Below, one piece after another: positions 53,281 to 64,000 of a DNA stretch of 64,000 nucleotides. The stretch is taken from NCBI RefSeq assembly GCF_006345805.1, contig NC_042999.1, forward strand, positions 30,938,001-31,002,000, written 5' to 3'. The translations under genes and the position numbers were made by a program. Each line of letters begins with the position of its first letter. Position 1 is the stretch's first letter. The notes under the pieces were generated by a model. The model ran no database searches, was not told where the DNA came from, and saw nothing but the letters and a program-made list of their open reading frames with translations. The stretch is from Octopus sinensis. Lineage: Eukaryota.

Positions 53281-54233
53281 AGAGTATACACACACATATT
53301 TACCACCTGCAACAGAGTTTTAGAATAGGTACATTGTAACTTCCACAATTGAAAACTAAATAGGTTGGTGACAAGAAAGACATATGCTTGTAAAATGCTA
53401 CTTTGGAAAACCAGTCCCATGCTTGCCAGCATAGCAGTATCTTTGCTTGTGATAATAAAATGATAGCATTTTTGAGTTTGATCAATAATTCAAGTTTGGG
53501 TATTTTCTCTTCCGATGACCAAAGTAAGAGATGAAATATGTAGATTCTAGGTTAAAGCTGCAAGTCTAATAAATTCATTCCAAATACCCTAATATTGGTA
53601 GTTTACTCCATGCTGTTAATTTTTTCTCTTTTAATGTAATAAGCTCTTAGTTTTCTTTCTTTTTTTTTTTGGCTTTGATTCAACTAATTATGTCCATTTT
53701 GACCTTTTCCTTGTGAAAATAATAATAAACAAACTAAAAAAAAACCAGAAGAAATCTCCACGTCTAAAAATATAAAGAAATCAATAAATTCTTGTAAATG
53801 TTGACAATGTTTTTGTCTAAATGAAATGTTTTGGTAGGGGTTCAAGAAATGAAATGCTTAGTTTGACATCAAAGATATACTAATAATGTCCATATATCAC
53901 AGACTTTGTTCAATAATCTGGTTCTTGTGGTGCCTCTAATATATATTTTCTTTCATCTATTTAATATATTTATTACTATTTCAAGACCAAGACAGACAAG
54001 TTTTTGCTGAAATGGTTGGAGTCATAAAAAAAGACCTTATAGTCTTATTTATATTTCATATTCCTAGACACTGCATTCAGAAATACTGAGTTTAGATCAT
54101 CACACATTCAACATTGTCTTTCATTTACATTCTAGATTGATTTTGAAACAAAAACACACCAGTAATATTTCGTTTTCGGATTTGGTTTGCAAGATTCTTT
54201 ATATGTGTTCGTGTGTTGAATAATATTCTGTTG

Positions 54234-54501
54234 TGTCTGGGGAGAGTCATTTTCTTTTTGTGCTTTATAATGTAACACACTCACTGGTAAAATTTCCACT
54301 TTTTTTCTTATTTTCATTTTCCTAAAATTTTCATTGCGTCTTGCAACCTTTTCAATAGTCTTGACTCTCAATAGTCTTGAAAAGGTTGCAAGACACAACG
54401 GAAAGTTTAGGAAAATAAAAATAAGAAATAAGTGGAAATTTTACCGGTGAGTGTGTTTGGTACATTATAAGGCACAAAAAGAAAATGACTCTCCCCAGAC
54501 A
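54234..54501. repeat. Long imperfect palindrome / foldback-type element (~120 bp arms)
   Basis: tgtctggggagagtcattttctttttgtgc...cttgcaaccttttcaa / ttgaaaaggttgcaag...gcacaaaaagaaaatgactctccccagaca. Confidence 0.9.
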
Positions 54502-54649
54502 TACTAGTAATATATTGTTTTGTTTATTCATTTGTCCATTCTAACTGTATCAAAACTATTAGTTCTTTAGTTTGTTTCACCCATCATGCTACAACCATAC
54601 TGGCGATGCCCATTCATATAATAATTATATATAGCTTAAATAAAATAGA

Positions 54650-54683
<34 letters not shown>

Positions 54684-54744
54684 ACATACACATGCACTGA
54701 CACACACATGCATGTTTGTATGTATAAGTATCTAAATTCTGTAT

Positions 54745-55170
54745 TCTTTTACTTGCTTCAGTCATTGCACTGCAGCCATGCTGAAGCACCCCCTTGAAGG
54801 GCTTTCTTTGAAAAGACTGGCCCTGAATTCATTTTATAAGCCCAGCACTTATTCTATCACTTTCTTTTGTTGAACTGCTAAGTTGTTGGCACAGAAACAA
54901 GCCATCAACGATTGTCAAAGTATATAGGATGACAAACTCATGCACAAACACATATACTCACATATCATCACCATCATCATCGTTATCATCATTATTGTCA
55001 CCTTTTTAACATTTGTTTTCCATGCTAGCATGGCTTGATGGTTTGACCAGAGCTGACAAGATGGAAAGCTGCACCAGGTTCTGGTCTGATTTGGCCTGGT
55101 TTCTAGCACTGGATGCCCTTCCTAATACCAACCACTTTACAGAGTGTGCTGGGTACATTTTATGTAGCCC
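54745..55170 (-). mobile_element. Family B 3' remnant (54745-54935) followed by a family C remnant (54960-55170)
   Basis: ttttacttgcttcagtcattg...gccatgctg; ttttccatgctagcatgg...ggatgcccttcctaataccaacc. Confidence 0.75.
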
Positions 55171-57194
55171 AGCATATACATACATACATATATATGTATG
55201 GGAGGGTTCTTATGAACTAACCCTGAAATCGGTCCGATATGGTAATAACAGAATTTTTTAGCAGTTTCTGTCGACTTTTTTCGAGTAACGTGCTTATTGT
55301 GTTAAATTATATGGTTATGGACACTGTGTCTAGTTTCGGCATATATGACATTAGAAATTTTTTTCATTTGCCCTTATTTATAAGTTGTATATATATATAT
55401 TATATATATATATATATGACTGAAGATTGACATCGCACTTGAAACTCAGAGTACCAAGGAATTTGAATCAAACTGTATAGAACTATACATAAAACTCCCA
55501 ATATATATATCCTCACCATCATTATCATAATTTTATGTTGATGATCCATAATGGTATGATTGCATGTTTGGCTTGATCCAATGTGCCTAAAGATTGCATC
55601 ATGATATAATGTCCATTTTGGCCTTGTTTCTATGGTTGGCTGCCCTTCCTAATACAGCATGGACTGGATCCTTTTTCAAGTGACCTACTCACCATGGATG
55701 AAGCCATGTAACTTACAGAACTAGAAATCTAGGAGCGGGTGAAGGGAATCAGCTGCATGCTAGTAGATATGGGGATTGAGCTATAAAAATGTGGGGGAGC
55801 AGTGCAAGTTCTTGTGGAGGACCTGCATGTCTACTTCAACTAGATGGGGAAGAGGAAAGAAATGAAGAATCAACAACAGGAGCTGTGTGAGATAGATAAT
55901 GGCAATGAATTGCCTCAATGTGAGTTGAAAGAGAGTATGGGAAAGTGAAAGGGAGACATACTCCCTGAATGGGTAGGGTTGAAATGAGTAAGGAGTCTGT
56001 GAGTTTTCTTTGGTGGATCATTGACATGACCAATTCCTTCTAGCCTGTATTTTTCATCCAAGTGATTTTTCAAACAGTAACATTGTGGTGGTATACGATG
56101 TGTGTCTCATTTGCAGGAATTGCCAGTCTAGCTTAAACCTGCATCTTCTATATATTGAGTTCTATCAACCTTAGTTAGAGCATTATTACAATAATATGCA
56201 TGAGATTCGAAAATTTTACTGGTAGCAGATAATCTAGAAATTCTAGTAGAAATATTCTTAACTAGTCCCCGTATAATCGAGGGTGGATGGTTGGATGCTA
56301 TGTTAATGTACTTAATATGATCATTCAGTTTATGAAATGGTTCAAATAATCCAGAATCAACACAGAAAATTCACTCTATGATAATCCTTACTTATAGTAA
56401 TATCTAGTTCTAAATTTTTGAAAAGTGTAAAGAAATTTTTCCTATGCCTTTCTAACTGTAATTTACTACTTGTGTCAAGAAAAAAAAGGCATCATCCCTA
56501 TATAGACCCCCTGTTACTTCAGGAAAGGAAGACTGGATTAATGAAAGGATATATATTCCGACTAGGTCACTGGCATGAGCAGAATTGATGAGCCTATTGC
56601 TATATGAAAAGCATTTTCCCTATCTAACCTACTCCATAATGTACCATCAAAATCTACTAAAGTGGATTGCGCAGCAAGAATAATATCTATTTCACATTGG
56701 GACAAATTGGAATTTTTCATGATAAAAATATTCGAAATAAGAAGACAAAGAAATACTTTAATACATTTTTAATGATCAGTTACAATAGTTCCTGTAGCAA
56801 CTCTGCTTTCAACACCAGTCCAGACGAAAGATCCAGGGGAAAATTTACATAATATTTTTTGGTTTTAAACATTAGAGTGACACTTCCTCAAACTTGCATC
56901 AAATGTACGCTCTTACATTGTGCGTCTGCCAGACTTTGTGTTTTGCTTGTATCAGAAGGAAATAAAATGTAAATAAAGATGAAATGCAAATAGACAGTGA
57001 AGAGATGGACAGGGCAAGTAGTGTATCAATACCAAAATAGATAAAATTATGGTTAGGGGATGCAGAAGTGAACTGACTGCAACAACACTAGAAATGAGTG
57101 GAAAATGAAAAGAAAATAATAATAACAATATTACTACTACTATGATTAGTAGTAAAAAAGACAATGATACTATATCAGAAATGATAATAATAAA

Positions 57195-57535
57195 AGAGTA
57201 AAGACCACCTTCAGTTATGAATGACCATGAGATTGCATCTAGAAAGTTACCCTCTGAGGCACAAGTCCAGGCAAGGTTGTTTATGGAAGACCAGCAGTTG
57301 CTCATGCATATCAGCCTCCCCTCTCCATGTCAGCCATGCTATTTAAGGGAAAGGCAAAGGCCAATGCAGCTTGGCACCAGTGACATCACAGCTTATTTCT
57401 ACGACTGAGGAAACTAGTGCAACATGAAACAAAGTGTCTTGCTCAAGAAGACAACACAGAGCCTGGTCCAGGACTTAAACTCACTACTTCATGATTGTGA
57501 GACTGACATGCTAACCACTGATCCATGTGGCTTCA
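57195..57535 (-). mobile_element. CORE-type SINE with a different (RTE-like) tail
   Basis: aaagtgtcttgctcaagaagacaac (CORE-like) joined to gggaaaggcaaaggccaatgcagcttggcaccag...gaagaccagcag. Confidence 0.65.
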
Positions 57536-58064
57536 CATAAAAATGAAAACAATATCATAATAATCTAATGATATAATAATAATAATAATGATAATAATAA
57601 TAATAATAGCAGTGATAGTCACTAGAAAAGTTTGAACATGAACAATGTTATTGATGAAGATAACTAAAGGAAGATAGCATTGAGTATGGTAAGGGAAGTA
57701 CCAAGTACATAGGCAATAAACCACATGAGTAAAGTGAGAGGGATGATATTAAAGCCGAACAGAACTATTCCTGCTGACTCTAGAATTCATCATCTCAAAG
57801 CAAGAAGTAAAAATGGTTAACAGGGATAGTTGGGCTTCAAGGAGGTAAAGCAAAACCCTAATACTAAAGTGTGTGGTATGAAACTATTTATTTGATATGT
57901 TGGTGTTGAGTGAACATAGCACTGATAATGACAAAGTGTAAATTAAAGTTAGTATTAAAATAGGAGAGAGTAGTAGAATATAGGAGTAAAGTATTAAAAG
58001 TAATGAATAAATAATTAATACTTAGCTACTTATAAAGTTATTAGAAATCATAATAATAATAATC

Positions 58065-58265
58065 CTTTCTACTATAGGCACAAGACCTAGGAGAAGAATA
58101 GTCAATTACATCAACCCCAGTACTCAACTGGTACTTAATTTATCGACCCCAAAATGATGAAAGGGAAAGTCAACCTCGGCGGAATTTGAACTCAGAACAT
58201 AGTGACGGGCAAAATACCACTAGGCATTTCGTTCAGCATGCTAATGATTCTGCCAGTTCGCTGCC
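58065..58265 (-). mobile_element. Family A SINE with (AAT)n tail
   Basis: cctttctactataggcacaag...gtcaacctcggcggaatttgaactcagaac...ctgccagttcgc. Confidence 0.88.
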
Positions 58266-58514
58266 TTATCATCATAATAATAATAATGAAATTATTGAAT
58301 ACAGTGCTCAGGTGCACCACATCATGGTAAAGAGAAAGGTAGGAATAAGGATTGAGATTTATTGTCCCCAAATCCTGTTGTTAAAAAAAATTAGTAACAC
58401 TGGAACAAGGCAAACATCAGTGATAGACTTAGGGAGTCTTTAAAAAAAGAACCTGAGTATTTCCATTGGTCAATCTCAATGCTAGCAGTAAAAATAACAG
58501 TTGCCCATATCATC

Positions 58515-58884
58515 CCTCTTCTTCCTTCCAAGTATTCATCTGTGCTTTCTCTTTCTTCTTCTTTTCTTCTCCTACTACTTTTTCTTGTCCTCCTCCTCCT
58601 GCATTTTCTTCATCTTCTTCTTCTTTTTCTTCTTCTTTTTTCTTGTTGTTCTTCTTCTTCTTCTTGTTCTTCTTCTTTTTCTTGTTATTCTTCTTTTTCT
58701 CATTCTTCTTTTTCTTGTTCTTCTTCTTTTTCTTCTTCTTTTTCTCCTTCTTTTTCTTCTCCTCTTCTTTTTCTTCTTTTTCTCGTTCTTCTTTTTCTTC
58801 TTCTTTTTCTCCTTCTTTTTCTTCTTTTTCTCCTTCTTTTTCTTCTCCTCTTCTTCTTCCCCCCTCCACCTCCTCCTCCTCCTC

Positions 58885-58916
<32 letters not shown>

Positions 58917-59215
58917 TCTTCTTCCTCTTCTTCTTTTTCTACCTCTTCTTCTTCCTCTTCTTCTTCTTCTTTCTCTTCCTCTTCCCCTTCTTCTTCTTCT
59001 CTTCTTCTTCTTCTTCTCCTCCTCCTCCTCCTCCTTTTCTTCTTTTTCTCCCCCTCCTCCTCCTCCTCCTCCTCCTCCTCCTCCTCCTCCTCTTCTTCTT
59101 CTTCTTCTTCTTCTTCTTCTTCTTCTTCTTCTGCTGCTGCTTCATGCCTTCTCCTTCCCCTTCTACTGCTTCTTCATCCCTTAACCCTACTTTTATCCCC
59201 TTTGATATTGATGCT
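58515..59215. repeat. ~700 bp polypyrimidine/polypurine tract of (CTT)n, (CCT)n, (CTTTTT)n
   Basis: Direct reading; source of poly-F/S/L/K/E ORFs. Confidence 0.96.
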
Positions 59216-59894
59216 TTACTTGCCCTGGTCATCTCTTCATAGTCTATTTACATTCCATCTTTATTTGCTTTTTGTTTCCTCCTAAGTATAAACAAAACAC
59301 AAAGTCTGACAGCCATACAATGTATGCGCACACCTTTGATAAAGGTTTGATAAAGTGCCTCTCTAACGTTTCCACTTTTTACAAAACTCATACAATAGTT
59401 TTACAAATGCAAAACCTGGATATTCTACACCTGAAGAATTTTGATATTAATATGTAATACGATGTAGATAGCCTGAAGCTTATATTGAGTGATGCATAGT
59501 AAATACCATAACCTTCTTCCCTCCCAAAATCTTATATAAATATGTATATATTGTTCATTTATTTTTCATTCTCGGTACAAGGCATGGAGCAAACTTGCAC
59601 TCTTTACTGCAACTTGATGTATCGCCAGCATTGACAATGATCAGCTGAAATACTCAGGGTTTTGTTTAAGGATTTCCTAAACCTATCACCAGTTTTTGCC
59701 AAGTCCCAGTGGTCCTAATTTTTCCAGCAATAGAGTGTGATATTAGAAATAAGAATTGATTGATAGAAGAAAACCAGATACTTCAATTCACCTCATCTGC
59801 CTTTCTAACTTTATGTGGTTATTCTAGCTATTGACTCTGAGAGAATGAAACAGTGTTGAATTAGAAAGCATTTGAATTTAGTAACCAGAAGGGT

Positions 59895-60165
59895 GGACGG
59901 TCATGTACTAAATGCTCTTGTTAGGCCCACTCTGGACTAATGCTCTGATATGGGAGTTAGTGCTGTTGCTATGCACTCAGACATCCAAGAGAAGGATCAC
60001 TCAACTGACAAACATTAAATCATTACCAAACACACTCTAATATTCTTTCACAGCAATGTTTCTACTCTATAATAACCTCTGTTTCTTCAGAGATGGTTGG
60101 TCTCGAATTTCTTTTCGTCAGGCTTCTGTTAGTCTAGATCTCTCTACACAACTCATCTTGTAGGT
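59895..60165 (+). mobile_element. Decayed CR1-like RT C-terminal fragment (same family as 27208-27530)
   Basis: ALVRPTLD*CSD...; later CSSEMVGL. Confidence 0.55.
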
Positions 60166-60169
60166 GCAT

Positions 60170-60485
60170 AACTAACTGGTTTGGGTATTTGGCTCATGAT
60201 CATAAGTTTATGAGTTCAATACCAAGCAGTGTGTTGTGTCTTTGAGAAAGTAACTTTATTTCACATTGCTCCAGTCACCTCAGCTGGTAAAAATTAGTTG
60301 TATCAGTATTTCAAAGGGCCAGCCGTGTTACACTCTGTGACACTCTGCATGTCTCTGAGAACTATGTTAAACGTATGTATATCTATGGAGTGCTCAACCA
60401 CTTACCCATTAATTTCATGAGCAGGCAGTTCCATTAATTGGATCAACTAGAAACCTCTACATCATGACCAATGGAGTGCTGCCAG
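60170..60485 (+). mobile_element. CORE-type SINE, homolog of 30866-31175
   Basis: gagttcaatacc...tgtgtctttgagaaagtaactttatttcacattgctccagtc...tttcaaagggccagc. Confidence 0.78.
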
Positions 60486-60728
60486 TTACATCACTCATCA
60501 TACTCTTTATAGATAACAGCTTCAGCTTCACCCTAGTTACTCTGTCCAGATTTTCATATCCAGAAAAATCAGCCTTCTTAAATTTTATCCCTGCTAATTT
60601 GATTCCTCAAAATTCTGACCAATGACATTGTAAATAGAACCTTAATGGCATCAAGCTCAAAAGCCTCTGAGGATCAACAAGAGTCATTGGTACCATCCTT
60701 CCTCTAGACTCAGTAGATAAAAACATGA

Positions 60729-60939
60729 CCAACCTGGCTGAAACCGGCTCTGACTCTGAAGTACAAATGTCTTGTTTTCATAAGTTCTGAATTAAAATCT
60801 TCCACCAAATCTTAGTCAAAGTTTATGTTCTTAGCACTAGTTGAATGACAACTAAGTTATTTTACTAAATTCTTTGTTCTATTTAAAATTAATTGAAAGA
60901 AACACAATACATCTCAAAATAAATTCAGTAACAAAAGGG
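60729..60939 (+). mobile_element. piggyBac-type MITE (family P1), left end lost
   Basis: Aligns with 51935-52142; ends gtaacaaaaggg|TTAA. Confidence 0.82.
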
Positions 60940-61054
60940 TTAATGACTGACGTTTTGATGAGATTATCTACATATATATTTGCTGCATAGTAAGAAGTTT
61001 CCCACTGCCTTAAATGATAATAATAATAATAATAATAACACTAACAATAATGAC

Positions 61055-61455
61055 TTCAAATTTTTGACACAAGGCCAGCATATTTGGGAGGAGGTAAATT
61101 GATTATATCAAGCCTAGCGCTCAATTAGTATGTAATTTATCAATTCCGAAAGGATGTAAAAAAGTTGACCATAGTTGAATTTGAACTCAAAATGTATAGA
61201 CAAATGAAATGTCACTAAGCATATTGTCTAGTGTCCTAATGCTTTTGTCAGGTCTAATAATAATAATAAAAAGAATGATGATAATGATAAGGGTTTAAAA
61301 TTTTGGCACAAGGCCAGCAATTTCAGGGGAGTGGTTAAGTTGATTACATTAATCCCGGTGCTCTACTGGTATTTATTTTATTGACCTTGAAAGAATGAAA
61401 GGTAAAGTCGACCCCAGCACAAGTTGAATTCAGAATGTAAAGCAGTTTGCCCAGC
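61055..61455 (-). mobile_element. Two head-to-tail family A SINEs with (AAT)n spacers
   Basis: gcacaaggccagca...gaatttgaactc blocks at ~61065 and ~61305. Confidence 0.8.
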
Positions 61456-61461
61456 AAACTA

Positions 61462-61630
61462 ATAATAATAATGATGATGATGATGATGATAATGATGGTG
61501 GTGGTGGTGGTGGTGGTGATGATGGTGACAGTGATGGTGACGGTGATGATGATGGTGATGATGATGATGGTGATGATGATGGTGGTGATGATGATGATGA
61601 TGATGATGATCATGATGACGATAATAATGA
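61462..61630. repeat. (ATG)n/(GTG)n trinucleotide tract
   Basis: Direct reading. Confidence 0.95.
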
Positions 61631-61631
61631 T

Positions 61632-62215
61632 AGTACAATGCCCTGATGCAGTACCAGGCCGTGGCTCTCGCAGCTTCTGATCTTAACTAATTGGAAGTGT
61701 TATCATGTATATTGTTTTGTCTTGGTATAAAAGATGGGCTACAGCAAATATTCTGCTCAATACCACAGATTTGCTTGTCAGTTGATTGACCTTAACCAGT
61801 TGAGTATGTCCCTTAATGGCTGATGATATGTGCACCTCTGATCATGAGCAGAAGTCATGGGGCAGCATCATAGCCATGTGTTAGGAGGGATTCTTTGGGG
61901 TTTGAATAATTCACCTCTGGAAACATGGATGTTTCGTTCAACATCCTTAAACAACACTTATACAGGGACCTTTGGAGTGGGATGGGTTACTCGACCAGAA
62001 GAAAATTCTAATTGGGCCCCGCCAGCAAGATCATGTGCTGTTTATCTCGATATGAGATCACCATGTTGCGCACACATATGGTAGTGATGCATTTGCCTAG
62101 TGTACTCTTATCAGACAGGTAGTCATAATATGTATACTGGGCTTTGTATATTTTACACCAGTGTCACTTTGATGGCATGCACTGCTCTCTCACTAAATAA
62201 TAATAATAATAATAA
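61632..62215 (+). mobile_element. Probable non-LTR retroelement 3' UTR ending in (AAT)n
   Basis: GC-richer 580 bp block bounded by trinucleotide tracts, ending ctctctcactaaataataataataat; no ORF. Family assignment is inference. Confidence 0.5.
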
Positions 62216-62819
62216 CAATAATGATGATGATGATGATAATATTATGATGATGTTTAACACACGTAAAATCCTACCAAATCTCTTGATGTCGTCCAGTATG
62301 GAAATGTTTCTGTCAGCTTATCACATTCATTATATCAGTAACTAACTGATGGTCGTGCAACAAATTCTACTTTCCCTTTATATTAAAAAAAAACAAAAAG
62401 GTATCACAATCCATATTTATTTCAAAATATCAAAACCCAATAATTCACTGGAGTTCATTCATTCAAATATTCTTCCCTACTTTACTTCTATGATAGATTG
62501 ATATACGTATACATATACATTTTAACCCTTGTGGCTACGAATATCAAATTGTGCCATATACAAGCCATTTACGCTACTGTACTGAAATATTGAACTTCTG
62601 CCTACCCTAAAGGAATGAAATATAAAGGAATGGAATATATAACATTTCATAGAAAAGGAGAAACAGAAAGGGAAGTTATGTATTTATACCTACATTTACT
62701 TTTTTATTTTTATCTTGATGTTTATTTTCTATTTATTTATTTCTGATAGTTTTTGTGCGATTTTTATCTATGTTCTTCATAAGAATGTACTATATTCTTT
62801 TTCCTAGTATCGTACGTAA

Positions 62820-63930
62820 ACATACGGATATATATATATATATATATATATTCTGTGTCCTTGTAAGGGTGAGAATGAGTGTGTGTGCATGTGTGTGTGT
62901 GTGTGATATAGTATATATACACATACACACACACATATAAGTATGTATGCCTCTGTACAACTTTATATAGAGTTATATGTATGCACACATATATATACAT
63001 ATGTATGTATTTATATATACACACATATATATGAATATATACATATATATATATAAATATATATATATATATGAGTATATATATACATATATATGAGTGT
63101 ATATATATATATATATGTATATATGTGTATATATATATTTATATATATATATATATATATATTGTATTATCAGCTATTTAGCTGATTCTTGTCAGCCCTG
63201 TTCTTTATTTAATTTTCAATAGTATTTCTGTTATTATATATTCTCTTTTCTTATTTATCCTTTGCTAGAGGACATATTTCATTTGTTGTCATTCACTTCT
63301 ATAGTACCTGAGGCACAATGTGTAACCTTAATAATAAGATTTTTATTATAAGGAAACTCATATCAATAACCAGTAGATTCAACCAAACACAATACAATCT
63401 ACCAAACTATGGTATTATTGAAATCTATAATTCTTTTTACTTATTTGTTTACACATTTATTGATTTATTTATTGATGGCTTTTTTTTTTCTTGTTGTGCT
63501 CTTGGTCAAGTTCTGGTCATGACTGATTGAACAAAACCTATGATTAAAGTTTTTCTAGCCATGACAATACTGTATTTCATTCAGAAGTATTTAGATGATA
63601 TTATACAATGGGTCTGTCTTTTATTTTCAGTACAACAGGGAATGATTTGGGGGACATTTAACTGCTTACTCTAGTATGTCACTTTCATACTTTTAGTTAA
63701 CTAAGTTTAGTCATGTGCATATGAATATAATAAATGTATATATATATATATATATATAGTATATATGTATATATGTATATATATTTATATATATATATAT
63801 ATGTATATGTATATATGTATATATATTTGTATATATGTATATATATTTATATATATATGTATATATATAGGTATATACATGTATGTATGTTTATATATAT
63901 ATGTATATATATATGTATGTACACCCATAC
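62820..63930. repeat. (TA)n/(TG)n tracts at 62820-63160 and 63735-63930
   Basis: Direct reading. Confidence 0.93.
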
Positions 63931-64000
63931 ATATTTTTCAGAGGGATAACATAATTCATAAGGTATGGTAATGCAGGATGCGCAATGTGACCAATGGTGT

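Noticed and set aside
60098-60122. Minus-strand ctgacgaaaagaaattcgaga as a second hammerhead relic
   Set aside because: The plus strand explains it as CR1 coding relic (CSSEMVGL); stem II and GAAA do not fit.

Overview
Very AT-rich, repeat-saturated animal DNA, most likely from an octopus (coleoid cephalopod). This is inferred from the SINE repertoire (tRNA-head SINEs with Meta, CORE and V-type cores) and the huge (TA)n/(AAT)n load. I found no intact protein-coding gene. Nearly all ORFs in the supplied track are microsatellite or SINE artefacts, so the window looks intronic or intergenic. What I can support is layered mobile-element debris: about 25 Meta-core SINE copies, about 17 copies of a microsatellite-bearing SINE, CORE/V-type and RTE-tail SINEs, CR1-type LINE pieces (3' RT ends plus one ORF1+endonuclease 5' piece), RTE 3' ends, two R4/Dong-type endonuclease tails embedded in (AAT)n tracts, two Penelope-like elements (one with an open GIY-YIG frame and a decayed hammerhead ribozyme, one badly decayed but spanning RT to GIY-YIG), a split mariner transposon, piggyBac-type TTAA MITEs, a TIR element carrying (CCCTAA)3 and two long palindromes. 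The least explained structure is an ~880 bp cassette at 9014-9893: ~100 bp inverted repeats enclose two tandem 313 bp units, each with two perfect GTAAGT splice donors and an 11-codon ATG frame on the minus strand. I do not see clear evidence of a wholly new biological system. Element identifications rest on manual translation and recalled family motifs, not database searches, and SINE coordinates are approximate (about +/-15 bp).
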